From Promethearchaeota archaeon (GTDB lineage: Archaea > Asgardarchaeota > Lokiarchaeia > Sigyniarchaeales > SOKP01), in NCBI GenBank assembly GCA_048939015.1, contig JBHLPW010000009.1, forward strand, positions 25,495-89,494: a stretch of 64,000 nucleotides of DNA. The letters run 5' to 3'. Below, piece by piece: positions 1 through 9,938 of this stretch; positions within the stretch are counted from its first letter, which is position 1, and each line of letters starts with the position of its first letter. The position numbers and the translations under genes were made by a program. The notes under the pieces are model-generated. The model had not been told where the DNA came from, did not search any database, and saw nothing but the letters and a program-made list of their open reading frames with translations.

Positions 1-771
1 GAAATTCGACACAAAGGAATTGAAGTTTATGATGCTATGTATATTATGGACCTACTTGTAAGATTTACTACTCAAGAAGGATCTATGCCTATGTGGAATA
101 AATTAAAAAAGAAAAGAGGACTCATCTTTTATACAATAGAAGCAAATACAGAGATAGAACTGGATGAAAAAGTTAAATTATTAGATAAGATCATGGAAGA
201 TAATAAAACAGAATTTCTAGGAACTGAAATATCTGATGGAAATATAGCTAAATGGCATTATGAGGAACAAGGACATTGGCAATTCTACCACAATTTATGG
301 GGGATATTCCCTACAATGCAACCTTTGACAGCTGAATGTTTTTCACCTACCAATCAATATCCCAAAATTTTAGATGATATCGATCAATGGGATTTAGAAC
401 ATGACGAAGATATGCGAAAAATATTAAGTGTTGCTGGTAATCGTCCTATTGCTGGAAGTGGACCAATTTTACTAATTGATGGTAATAATGTGGAGATAAC
501 TTGTGGATTTACCAGCTTTTGGAGTTATTTTAATGGAGAAATACATGATTTTATTGACGATTTAAATCTTTCACTCTGGAAATCATTATTAGAGAGAGTA
601 ACTAAACATGGGGTTCAATGGTATATGATGGGTGAATTTATGTCTCGTTTAATGGTGGAAATTGGAGCTTATTCAGAGGAATATTATGAATTAATGAAGG
701 CAATTAAAAAGACTCTTGATCCAAATATGATTTTAAGTAGAGGTAAGTTTAATTTTTGGGGTGATAAGTAA
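1..771 (+). CDS. FAD-linked oxidoreductase (GlcD/D-lactate dehydrogenase-like), C-terminal part; 5' end lies before the window
   Basis: Frame is open from position 1. C-terminal 'MKAIKKTLDPNMILSRGK' matches the FAD-oxidase_C terminus. Abuts a CCG-domain Fe-S gene, the usual GlcD/GlcF-type pairing. Confidence 0.7.
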   Translation, partial: EIRHKGIEVYDAMYIMDLLVRFTTQEGSMPMWNKLKKKRGLIFYTIEANTEIELDEKVKLLDKIMEDNKTEFLGTEISDGNIAKWHYEEQGHWQFYHNLWGIFPTMQPLTAECFSPTNQYPKILDDIDQWDLEHDEDMRKILSVAGNRPIAGSGPILLIDGNNVEITCGFTSFWSYFNGEIHDFIDDLNLSLWKSLLERVTKHGVQWYMMGEFMSRLMVEIGAYSEEYYELMKAIKKTLDPNMILSRGKFNFWGDK

Positions 772-2007
772 ATGAGTGAATTGAAACATTTAAAGGAAGA
801 ATGGAAAGCAGTATTTTCTTGCATGGGTTGTGGGGATTGTGGATATGCTATTAGACCTGCTGTTGGTAGATATTTAACATGTCCTGTTAAGGAAGCAAAA
901 GGAGAAGAAGCATTTGAGATAAACTTCTCAAGAGGGAGAATGAATGTTCTTAAAAGTCTTTTAGAAGGTCAGATTCCTTTGAGTAAAAAACTTGCTGAAT
1001 GGGTATACGAATGCTCAGAATGCGGGAGCTGTACTGAAGTTTGTCATATGACGCAAAATGAGAATATTATTCTTCCTACCTGTAATTGGATCGATCATAT
1101 TAAAGTTTGGGAAGCCTTGAGAAAAGATTTAATTGAAGCTGGTTTTGCACCACTAGATCGTCATAAAACTATAACCGATTATATGAATGATGACTCTATG
1201 AAAAATCCTTACGGAGAGGAAAGAACTAAAAAATTCGAATGGATAAATGAGTTCCCTGAAATAAAAGACAAAGCGGAGATAATGTTTTTCGGAGGATGTA
1301 CAATGCCGTTGAGACAAATTGATACATTAAAGAATATGATGAAAATTTTAAATGCTGCTGGTCTTGAAATTGCGATGTCCAAGGATGAATGGTGCTGTGG
1401 CTCTATTGGAATAAGAATCGGGGATGTTTCATCACTAACTGATATGATGAAACATAATATTGAGACTTTTAATAATTTAGGAGCAAAGACTATATTTACT
1501 GCTTGTGCGGGATGCTATAGAACATGGAAAAAAGATTATCCAGAATTAATCGGAGAACCTTTACCATTTGAAGTGAAACATGTAACCGAAGTTTTAATTG
1601 AGTTATTAAACAGTAATCGAATTCCGTTCAAATATGAAGAAGGCGAGAAAATCAAGGTTACTTATCATGATCCTTGCCATCTCGGGCGACATATGAATTT
1701 ATACGAGATCCCTCGCGAAGTCATATCTAAAATCCCTGGTATTGAGCTTGTTGAAATGAAAAGGAACCGTAAAAATGCTTGGTGTTGCGGAGCAGGAGGG
1801 GGTTTGAAAAGCCAATTTTCAGATTTAGCAATTGACATCTCCAAAGAAAGAATTAGAGAAGCGATTGAATCTGAAGCTGATATATTAACAACAAGCTGCC
1901 CTTTCTGCATTGGGAATCTTCGCGATGCATATGATGAAATGGCTCCAGATATACAAAACAGGATAAAACTAATTGATATTATAGATTTGATTGCCTCTAA
2001 GATATAA
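772..2007 (+). CDS. Fe-S oxidoreductase, HdrD/GlcF-like (two 4Fe-4S motifs plus two CCG domains)
   Basis: CMGCGDC, CSECGSCTEVC, WCCGS, TACAGC, YHDPCHLGR, WCCGAGGG, TSCPFC. Confidence 0.9.
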   Translation: MSELKHLKEEWKAVFSCMGCGDCGYAIRPAVGRYLTCPVKEAKGEEAFEINFSRGRMNVLKSLLEGQIPLSKKLAEWVYECSECGSCTEVCHMTQNENIILPTCNWIDHIKVWEALRKDLIEAGFAPLDRHKTITDYMNDDSMKNPYGEERTKKFEWINEFPEIKDKAEIMFFGGCTMPLRQIDTLKNMMKILNAAGLEIAMSKDEWCCGSIGIRIGDVSSLTDMMKHNIETFNNLGAKTIFTACAGCYRTWKKDYPELIGEPLPFEVKHVTEVLIELLNSNRIPFKYEEGEKIKVTYHDPCHLGRHMNLYEIPREVISKIPGIELVEMKRNRKNAWCCGAGGGLKSQFSDLAIDISKERIREAIESEADILTTSCPFCIGNLRDAYDEMAPDIQNRIKLIDIIDLIASKI

Positions 2008-2125
2008 GTGATAAAAACCATTAAGTATAAGGCTTTAACCTTTTCTTATACTCAAGTTTAAATATATTTTTTATTATCTTTTATAAAAAGAATTCTATTT
2101 TATTCAAAAAGAAAGAGAAATAACT

Positions 2126-3040
2126 ATGGCTACCAAGATATCTATAGTTGGAAAACCCGAAGTTGGAAAAACAACGATTAAGAAGGTGATTCTCGAAGGA
2201 GAAGACCCTAGTGAGTTGGTAATGTTCCCTCTTGAGGCTACTATAGGAATTCAGTATTCTGTTCATGATTTTATGGATTTAAGAATCAGTTTATTAGACT
2301 CTCCTGGTCAATCATTGCCAATATTATTGGAGGATGAACAGAAACAATTAATGACGTTCGGAGACACAAGTGCCATAATTTATATTTTCGATTATCCTAC
2401 ATGGATAGAGAACTCTCAAGATATCATTGATGATATAAAAAAAATCTATGAGATTAGAAACAAATTAGAAGAAGATGCTAAAATTGTTTTGTTTCTTCAT
2501 AAAATTGATCTCCTAATTAATAAGAAGATCGGTAGTATGTTAGCATTAATTAGACGGCAAGTTAAGAAACAATTAGATCTACCAGAGGATTTGCCTATTT
2601 ATTTCACTAGTTTACATCCAAATTTGATTTATACTGTATATAACGCGATATCAGATATATTTAGCAATTTTTCAAAAGATTCTTCAAATCTAAAGGAAAT
2701 CATAAAAGAATCAATGAGTAATTCATCTAAAACTATAAGCTTTGTTTCAAATCAAGATGATAATCTTATCATTCAAGTGTCTTCACCTGATTTTGACTCA
2801 AGTACACTCTATTATTTATATGAGAGAGTCTATCAATCTAGTAGATTAGAAGAAGAAGAAATTTCGAAATACAAGTTTATAAATGCAGGCTCTAAAATAT
2901 TATATATGTTAGGAGAAGATATCAGTAAATATCACTCTAATTTTAAAAATTTAATTATATTCTCAGAAATCTTAGAAGAAAAAGATTTGCGGGAGCTTAT
3001 TACCAACATTAGAGAAAAATTGAATCAATATTATAATTAA
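2126..3040 (+). CDS. Rag/Gtr1-like small GTPase with C-terminal roadblock/longin-like region
   Basis: G1 GKPEVGKTT, G2 ATIG, G3 DSPGQ, Rag-type G4 HKID; about 120-aa C-terminal extension. Confidence 0.75.
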   Translation: MATKISIVGKPEVGKTTIKKVILEGEDPSELVMFPLEATIGIQYSVHDFMDLRISLLDSPGQSLPILLEDEQKQLMTFGDTSAIIYIFDYPTWIENSQDIIDDIKKIYEIRNKLEEDAKIVLFLHKIDLLINKKIGSMLALIRRQVKKQLDLPEDLPIYFTSLHPNLIYTVYNAISDIFSNFSKDSSNLKEIIKESMSNSSKTISFVSNQDDNLIIQVSSPDFDSSTLYYLYERVYQSSRLEEEEISKYKFINAGSKILYMLGEDISKYHSNFKNLIIFSEILEEKDLRELITNIREKLNQYYN

Positions 3041-3065
3041 TTGATAAATTATTGAGAAAGAAGAT

Positions 3066-4103
3066 ATGCTACGACAAGTCTATATAATTTTAAATAATGA
3101 TATAATATATCAACGAAATTATGCTAAAGGTTTAGACGACGCTATCTTTGCAAATGTATACGGAAACTTAAAAAAATCAGCATTTGCAAAATTTGCTGAA
3201 GAAACAGCTTCATATGAATTTTTTAAGGTTAAACTTTCGTATATTGTGGAGAAAAATTTATCTTTGATAATATTATTCGTAACTGGATTAGGTGATGATT
3301 TTAAGAATATCAAACCACAACTAATTAATTTTCAAAAAGAGTTTTTAGATTTCTATGGTGATAATTTAAAAAATGGGAAAAGTTCAATAATCGCTGATGT
3401 ATTAAATCCTATTGTTGATAATATCCATAGAAATTTAAAACCTAAAATTTCAATTGTAGGGTTTTCGGGAGTTGGAAAGACTACAACCACTAAATTAATA
3501 AAGTCAGAGGAAATTCCTATGCAACATATTCCTACGATTACTGGTGAAGTTGCAACTATTAAAATTGGTAAGTTGCACTTTTTTTTATGGGATTTTGCAG
3601 GACAAGATCAGTTTGACTTTCTTTGGGAGAAATTTATTTTAGGTAGCGATGCGGTACTCTTGATGACTGATTCGACTTTAGCAAATTTAGAAAAAAGTAA
3701 GTTTTTCTTTGAATTGATAAATAGGACAATCCCCTATGCTCGATTAGCAGTAATAGCCAATAAACAAGATCTCCCAGAAGCTATGAGTATCGAAGACATT
3801 GAAAGATTAATGGGACAAAAAACGTATTCTATGATAGCAATAGACCCAAATAATAGACCAAAAATGATACGTATAATCGCAGATCTTTTAGATATGGATG
3901 CAGAAGTATCACCATTGTTGAGACCTATTTTTGAAAGAGATATTTTAATGGATAAAGTACAAGAAGCCCTAGAACAAGGAGAATTTCATAAAGCTATAGA
4001 AATCTTTGAAGAAATTGCCACTATTTGCTTGGAACTTGGAGATGATTCGCTTTCTATTGAACTTCAAGAGAAAGCTCAAAAAATAAGAAGTGTTTTAGGA
4101 TGA
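3066..4103 (+). CDS. Longin-like N-terminal domain + Arf/Ras-like small GTPase + C-terminal helical region
   Basis: G1 GFSGVGKTT, G2 PTI, G3 WDFAGQ, G4 ANKQD; N-terminal 'MLRQVYIILNNDIIYQRNY' resembles longin starts. Confidence 0.8.
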   Translation: MLRQVYIILNNDIIYQRNYAKGLDDAIFANVYGNLKKSAFAKFAEETASYEFFKVKLSYIVEKNLSLIILFVTGLGDDFKNIKPQLINFQKEFLDFYGDNLKNGKSSIIADVLNPIVDNIHRNLKPKISIVGFSGVGKTTTTKLIKSEEIPMQHIPTITGEVATIKIGKLHFFLWDFAGQDQFDFLWEKFILGSDAVLLMTDSTLANLEKSKFFFELINRTIPYARLAVIANKQDLPEAMSIEDIERLMGQKTYSMIAIDPNNRPKMIRIIADLLDMDAEVSPLLRPIFERDILMDKVQEALEQGEFHKAIEIFEEIATICLELGDDSLSIELQEKAQKIRSVLG

Positions 4104-5762
4104 TCACCACGTTCTAGTTAGATTTTGAAGGAAAGACAAAACTTCCTTTTTTCCTATTGGAACAAAATTAGTACGAAACATTATCTGATTACCTTTATTT
4201 GGCAAAATGAATTTCATTTCTAAGGTCTCTTGCGTTTCAATAGCTTTTTCTATCTTACTTAACGCCTCTTCGGCAATATATTTTGGCAAAAAATCGTAGA
4301 TACTTTTTCCTATATAAGCTTGGGATGAATTTGGTAAATTAAAAATATGCTCAAGTTTTTTATCTAATTTTATGTCTTTGAAAATACCCTCAATTGATAT
4401 TCTAAAAATTGAAAAAGGAATATGATTAAGAAGAATAGCATTTTGTGCCTCCGTGTGCTTTAAATCTTCTTGTTGTTGCATTTTTTCTAAAGCTGTACCA
4501 ATTTCTAACCCGATTGTAATTATTAATTCCATATCTTCGACAGTTAGAGTATTATTCTCTTTTAATAGCATATTAATACTTCCAATTATCTTGAATTTGG
4601 AAAATAATGGAATTACTGCCCCAGAAACAAAACTAATTCCCTTAAAATAGTTTTTTAGAATATCCGGGAAGTTTTGGTTGAATAATGCTACTCCTTGTGT
4701 GAATACAATTTCATAAGGACTTTTATTTACTTCTAAATCATCATTTTGCTCAATAAACGATACGGGAAATCCTTTATGTGCCTTAATTTTCGCAATATTA
4801 CTTGATTTTTCTAATAAATAAATACAGCAGCCTCTTAGATCTAAAAGATCAATGATGCTATCTATGGTTTTTTTCAATAAATCTTTTAAATCATCGGTTT
4901 GATTAGCAATACTTATGAAATTATTTAATGTATCAATTTTTCTAGCATGTTCTTTCAATTTTACTTCTGATATTTGAATATCAGTAAGATCATGAAACAA
5001 ATATTGTATAAAAAACTCATCTCCTAGTTGAATTTCATTAATATTAACTTCTAGATATAATATTGTGCCAGAAGACTTCTTTACCCTGGAAATTATAGGT
5101 GGTGGTTGATCTATTAAATGTTTTACCATTTCAGGATCAATTAATCCCTCATCAAATAAATCAAGTTTTAATGCTTTAATCCCGATTATTTCATCCCTCG
5201 TCATTTCAACTAATTTTTCAGCTTCTAAATTCGCATCAACAATTGTACCCAGGTCCCGATTTATTATAAATATGGCGTCTCGGGCTGCTTGAAATAAGGC
5301 TTGATATCGATGCTCCGCCATTTCTAAAGTCTGAATCACAGGTTGAATAGAGTCAAAATAAGAAAAAAAGAAACCCTTTATATCTTTAAATTTGTTTTCA
5401 TCTGCTTTATGATCCTTTGGTTCATAATCAAAAGCTAAGTAAGCATCTTCTAAATTTATAAGATAATTCGCAAAGCCTTCAAGAAGCTTCTTAGCAAGCA
5501 TTAAACTTATTTCTGTCTTTATGTCAGTGATTATTGTTATTAAAAAGCTTTCATAACCTCCTCGAGCAAATTTATTTGGTTGTTTAAAGAATAAATTTGC
5601 TGTTTTAATTTCTTTAAAAATATGAATAAATACTCCTTTTGTAGGGAGTTCTATTAATGAGGGAATATCCTGGATTAAATCATCATCTAATGAATTGGGA
5701 GCTTTTAAGAATATACTAGGTCCAAAAAGAGGATCAAAACGTACAAGCAATAATCCAATCAA
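4104..5762 (-). CDS. uDENN/longin-like-PAS-GAF-PAS sensory protein with no kinase output domain
   Basis: N-terminal 'LLLVRFDPLFGPSI'; PAS 'RYQALFQAARDAIFII...DANLEAEKL'; GAF 'CCIYLL...AHKG...GAVIPLFSKFKIIGSINM'; final PAS 'LLNHIPFSIFRISIEG'. Confidence 0.7.
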   Translation of the reverse strand: MIGLLLVRFDPLFGPSIFLKAPNSLDDDLIQDIPSLIELPTKGVFIHIFKEIKTANLFFKQPNKFARGGYESFLITIITDIKTEISLMLAKKLLEGFANYLINLEDAYLAFDYEPKDHKADENKFKDIKGFFFSYFDSIQPVIQTLEMAEHRYQALFQAARDAIFIINRDLGTIVDANLEAEKLVEMTRDEIIGIKALKLDLFDEGLIDPEMVKHLIDQPPPIISRVKKSSGTILYLEVNINEIQLGDEFFIQYLFHDLTDIQISEVKLKEHARKIDTLNNFISIANQTDDLKDLLKKTIDSIIDLLDLRGCCIYLLEKSSNIAKIKAHKGFPVSFIEQNDDLEVNKSPYEIVFTQGVALFNQNFPDILKNYFKGISFVSGAVIPLFSKFKIIGSINMLLKENNTLTVEDMELIITIGLEIGTALEKMQQQEDLKHTEAQNAILLNHIPFSIFRISIEGIFKDIKLDKKLEHIFNLPNSSQAYIGKSIYDFLPKYIAEEALSKIEKAIETQETLEMKFILPNKGNQIMFRTNFVPIGKKEVLSFLQNLTRTW

Positions 5763-5916
5763 TAAATCTCACAAATATATTCTGACAGTTAAGATGTATA
5801 ATTTATAATAGAAATATAAAAATCAACTATTATATATTTTTTTTAAACACAGTCGTCAACTTACTTTTATTTTTTCGTAGAGAAATATTCTAATAGGATT
5901 GTTTTTTTTCATTATC

Positions 5917-6597
5917 ATGGAGGATTTGAATATATATTTACAACCAACAGAATTTTTTGATTTTAATAAAAAATCAGTGAGTAAAAAAGCTTTTGAAATT
6001 ACCAATAATCTGATATCAGATAAAGAAAAAGCTATCGCTTTATTTTACTGGGTACGAGATGAGATTAAGTATAATATGCTGACGTATGTACCAAATGTAC
6101 CTGCTAACTTTAAAGCAAGTATCACTTTACGACGAAGAAATGGTTTTTGTGTTTCAAAATCAATTCTTTTATCATCTTTTGCTAGAGCAATTGGAATTCC
6201 AGCACGAATACATCTGGTAGATTTAATTAATCATTTAATTTCACAAAAAGTTATTGATTTTATGGGTACTAATGTAATGTACGTCCATGGTTACAGTGAA
6301 TTTTATTTGAATGGGAAATGGACAAAGTTAACACCTTCTTTTGATCCTCAAACTGCATTAAAAGGTAAATTTCTCCCAATGGTTGAATTTGATGGAGAAA
6401 ATGATGCAGTGTTCCCTAGATTCGATAACCAAGGTAATCTTTTTGGAGAATATCTTACTGATAGAGGAGTGCATGCAGATTTACCACTTGAAGATATTGA
6501 TAAAATTTTCGAAGAAAATTATCCTTCATATGCTTTTCATAAAAAAGGACTAAATCCAAAACAAATAAAAGATGAAATTATGACTTATAAGAAATAA
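5917..6597 (+). CDS. Transglutaminase-like (Cys protease fold) protein, paralog 1
   Basis: FYWVRDEIKY, GFCVSKS..ARAIGIPAR, HGYSEFY. Start moved to ATG 5917 (MEDLNIY) by alignment with its paralog. Confidence 0.85.
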   Translation: MEDLNIYLQPTEFFDFNKKSVSKKAFEITNNLISDKEKAIALFYWVRDEIKYNMLTYVPNVPANFKASITLRRRNGFCVSKSILLSSFARAIGIPARIHLVDLINHLISQKVIDFMGTNVMYVHGYSEFYLNGKWTKLTPSFDPQTALKGKFLPMVEFDGENDAVFPRFDNQGNLFGEYLTDRGVHADLPLEDIDKIFEENYPSYAFHKKGLNPKQIKDEIMTYKK

Positions 6598-6662
6598 AAA
6601 ATAAATTCTATAACCCTCTTTTATATATAATTGATTATCTTTACCTTCTAAGGTTTATCATT

Positions 6663-7343
6663 ATGGAAGATTTTAATATATATCTACAAGCTACGCAATA
6701 TTTTGATTTTAATAAAAAATTTGTGAGTAAAAAAGCTATTGAGATTACTAATGGTTTAAAAACTGATGAAGAAATGGCAATTGCATTGTTTTATTGGGTA
6801 AGAGACGAGGTTAAGTATAATGCTTTTTCATATTACCCAAGAATTAAAGCAAATCTCAAAGCTTCAGTTACATTAAGACGAAAAAATGGATTTTGTATGT
6901 CTAAATCCACATTATTATCAACTTTTGCAAGAGCTGTTGGAATACCTGCCCGTATTCATATGGTAGATATCATTAATCATAAAATATCCCAAAGACTTGT
7001 TAATTTAATGGGTACTAAGGCTTTTCATTGTCATGCTTATAGTGAGATTTATTTAAATAAGAAATGGGTAAAAGCAGCACCAATTTTTGATAGAAAAACT
7101 TGCATAAAAGGAAATTTTTTTCCTATGATTGAATTCAACGGAGTTAACGATGCTTTATTTGCCCCATTTGATGCAGAAGGGAATAAATTTGTAGAGTATA
7201 TAGGAGATTGGGGTATTTACGCAGATGTACCACAAGAGAAAATCCATCAGATATTTTGTGAGAAATACCCTCACTGGTATCCTAATCCAGGTTCAGATTT
7301 AATGAGACCTATGAAAAGGGAACCATTATCTTTGAACAAATAA
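6663..7343 (+). CDS. Transglutaminase-like protein, paralog 2
   Basis: FYWVRDEVKY, GFCMSKS..ARAVGIPAR, HAYSEIY. Confidence 0.85.
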   Translation: MEDFNIYLQATQYFDFNKKFVSKKAIEITNGLKTDEEMAIALFYWVRDEVKYNAFSYYPRIKANLKASVTLRRKNGFCMSKSTLLSTFARAVGIPARIHMVDIINHKISQRLVNLMGTKAFHCHAYSEIYLNKKWVKAAPIFDRKTCIKGNFFPMIEFNGVNDALFAPFDAEGNKFVEYIGDWGIYADVPQEKIHQIFCEKYPHWYPNPGSDLMRPMKREPLSLNK

Positions 7344-7376
7344 ATAAATGCTTCTTCTATAACAAAAAGAAGATCT

Positions 7377-8276
7377 TCATACTCCTAGTTCTCTTAGAAA
7401 AATTTTGTATTTACCTAATTTTCCACCATAATTTCCCGCAGAAATTCTAATTAAACCATCCATATTTATAATTCCAGCAATTACTTTTTTCATCGTCAAT
7501 TTAATAGTTTCCAGGTCCAAAGCATTGAACACTATCTCTGGTATTGAATGAACGCCTTCAGGGACCTTAGATTCATCTGTTGATATTTTGTTTTTTAATG
7601 TTGGGCAATATGGATGATTTGTTGAAGGCCCAATCTCAGGAAAATTTGTCTCTACTTTAGACCCAGCTGAACAAACATCAAAGGTTGTGCATACATTATC
7701 AATTTCAGCTATAATTTTAATAGCTTCACGTCCCACTTTTATTCCTGAGTTTACTGAATCACAAAATAAATAAAAATTTCCACCCATAATACCTTCTGCA
7801 TAAGTTAGTTCTTCTTCAATTAAGAAATCATACCCAATCATAAGCGGAATAGAAATCATTTTCCTTCCAAACCTACTTATTACTTCCTCATAACCATCTC
7901 CACAATGACCCACATTATTCATTATATTAAATTTTGTTTCAGATTTATGTGGATAATGATCAAAAACAGCTGTTGAGGGGACTACTAATATACCTTGTCT
8001 CATTCGCTTTCCTAATTGCTCATAAAGTTTACTTTTAGCAGTTTTGCCTTTTCCAGTGACCCATAACTGTAGTATTGCTCCAAGTCTATGATCGATTGTC
8101 TCCTTTTCAGACAGCCACCTAACAATGCCTCCTTCCGCATCCCCAAAAACAGTTGAGGGTAAAGCAGTAAAACTGTTTGCCGCTCTATTTAAAAACTCAG
8201 CATCTTGAGCGGTTATCATAAGTTGACAACATAAACCCTCAAAAGCTTCACAGTAAGTATCATCTATAATAGCCAT
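7377..8276 (-). CDS. ftr: Formylmethanofuran:tetrahydromethanopterin formyltransferase
   Basis: IDDTYCEAF, GDGYE, GIMGGNF, SAGSKV, PSTNHPYCPTLK, EIVFNA, ISAGNYGGKLG. Confidence 0.92.
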   Translation of the reverse strand: MAIIDDTYCEAFEGLCCQLMITAQDAEFLNRAANSFTALPSTVFGDAEGGIVRWLSEKETIDHRLGAILQLWVTGKGKTAKSKLYEQLGKRMRQGILVVPSTAVFDHYPHKSETKFNIMNNVGHCGDGYEEVISRFGRKMISIPLMIGYDFLIEEELTYAEGIMGGNFYLFCDSVNSGIKVGREAIKIIAEIDNVCTTFDVCSAGSKVETNFPEIGPSTNHPYCPTLKNKISTDESKVPEGVHSIPEIVFNALDLETIKLTMKKVIAGIINMDGLIRISAGNYGGKLGKYKIFLRELGV

Positions 8277-8589
8277 AATATTCTCAACTTATTACTTAAA
8301 ATAATTAAAAGCATTTCAGTTTTAGAACAATTTTTTATTATATCTATAGAATACAAATACCTACAAAAAAAAATCTATCAAAGTTTTAATAAAGTGTTAG
8401 TTAAATAGGATTTTTATGAAACTTCAGAAAAATGGCTCTATTGGTTTTATCAAGATAAGATGAATATTATTTATAATCTGAAAGATTTTGATGGAAATTA
8501 TTTAAAGAAATATGTCAAATTAAAATTATGTAAAATACAAAATAGGAATAAAACAATTAAACTCAAAACTATTTAACAAGTATTTTAAA

Positions 8590-9801
8590 ATGACACCGGT
8601 AATGATTTGGGATCCATTTGAGCGATTTTTAAGAGCCATGGCAATAACTATCTTATTCATGATTGCTATCCAATATATTTTAAGAGGGAGGAAAAGAGGA
8701 AATATTAATGAAAAGATATTGATGATTGGATTTTCTTGTTTTTTCATAGGTTTTGCATGTAACAGTTTTTTCACTTACATAAGAGATTTTGTTATACCTG
8801 GAAATTATATAAATTACGTTTTCTATGGTGAATTTGATAATCTTAATTCATTGTATTATATACTTTCCAAGTTAACTTATAGTTCTGATTCATTATTTTT
8901 CGTATTTTTCATATTAGCTTTTGAAACGAGTATAAAACGCACAAATTATATTCTTACGATTATATTGGTCATAGTAACTATTTTAATGATGCTTCTTCCT
9001 TACGATTTATCAAGATTGATACATCATACAATTTATTATGGTTTGAAATTGAGTTTGACTATAATTATTTTATTCTTACTCACAAAATGGTCAAGATTAG
9101 AGTTTAAGGCTATAGCATCTTTTATTTTACTTGGATATTTTATAATGATGGTTGCCGAAACTATAACTAGTCAAGATGTTAAGGGTCTAAATGTTATACC
9201 TTTAATTCTTAGCCCAATTTTATTAATCTTGGGCAGTTTTATATCTATATTACCGTTATTTGTCGATCCTAAACATTTTACTAGTGCTACAATCATATGG
9301 AAAGTGAATGGAACCATTTCAATCATTATTTCATTTATATCTGGAGTTTTTTTTATGATTTATTTCGGTCCAACTCATTTGAATTCATTAGTTCTGATAA
9401 TTATCTTTATAACTTTATTGTATATATTTAGCCTTACAATGAAGATAGTTAAAATTGAGTCAGAATCACATGACAAATCAACAGAACCAGATATCCTAGA
9501 AATTTTTACAAAGCCCCAGAAAGTTACAGAAGAAGAAGTGTCTATCTCTAAAGAAAAAAAAATTTGCTTAGTTTGTAAAAACAAAATCACACGCAGTAAT
9601 TATATCTGTCCTGATTGCAATGCTTTTTATTGTTTTAACTGCAAAGTGGCATTATCAAATTTAGAAAACGCTTGCTGGGTCTGTAATACACCATTCGACG
9701 AGAGTAAGCCTTCTAAGCCTTACAAACTGGAAAAAGAGGAAGAACAAGTCGTTATAGAAGAAAAATCGCTAAAAAAGGGTGAAAACAACAAGGATAATTA
9801 G
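8590..9801 (+). CDS. Multi-pass membrane protein with C-terminal Cys-rich zinc finger
   Basis: About 8-9 hydrophobic segments, then CLVC..CPDC..YCFNC..CWVC. Confidence 0.75.
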   Translation: MTPVMIWDPFERFLRAMAITILFMIAIQYILRGRKRGNINEKILMIGFSCFFIGFACNSFFTYIRDFVIPGNYINYVFYGEFDNLNSLYYILSKLTYSSDSLFFVFFILAFETSIKRTNYILTIILVIVTILMMLLPYDLSRLIHHTIYYGLKLSLTIIILFLLTKWSRLEFKAIASFILLGYFIMMVAETITSQDVKGLNVIPLILSPILLILGSFISILPLFVDPKHFTSATIIWKVNGTISIIISFISGVFFMIYFGPTHLNSLVLIIIFITLLYIFSLTMKIVKIESESHDKSTEPDILEIFTKPQKVTEEEVSISKEKKICLVCKNKITRSNYICPDCNAFYCFNCKVALSNLENACWVCNTPFDESKPSKPYKLEKEEEQVVIEEKSLKKGENNKDN

Positions 9802-9938
9802 AATTTTAAATCTTATTTATGAAAAAAAAATAGGTTAGCTTAGTACTCAAAAATTAAATAATTAATATTCACCTATTTACTTATTAAGTCAAAAAAATTT
9901 AATTAATTACAAATCAAAACTATCTAAGATTTGATAAA

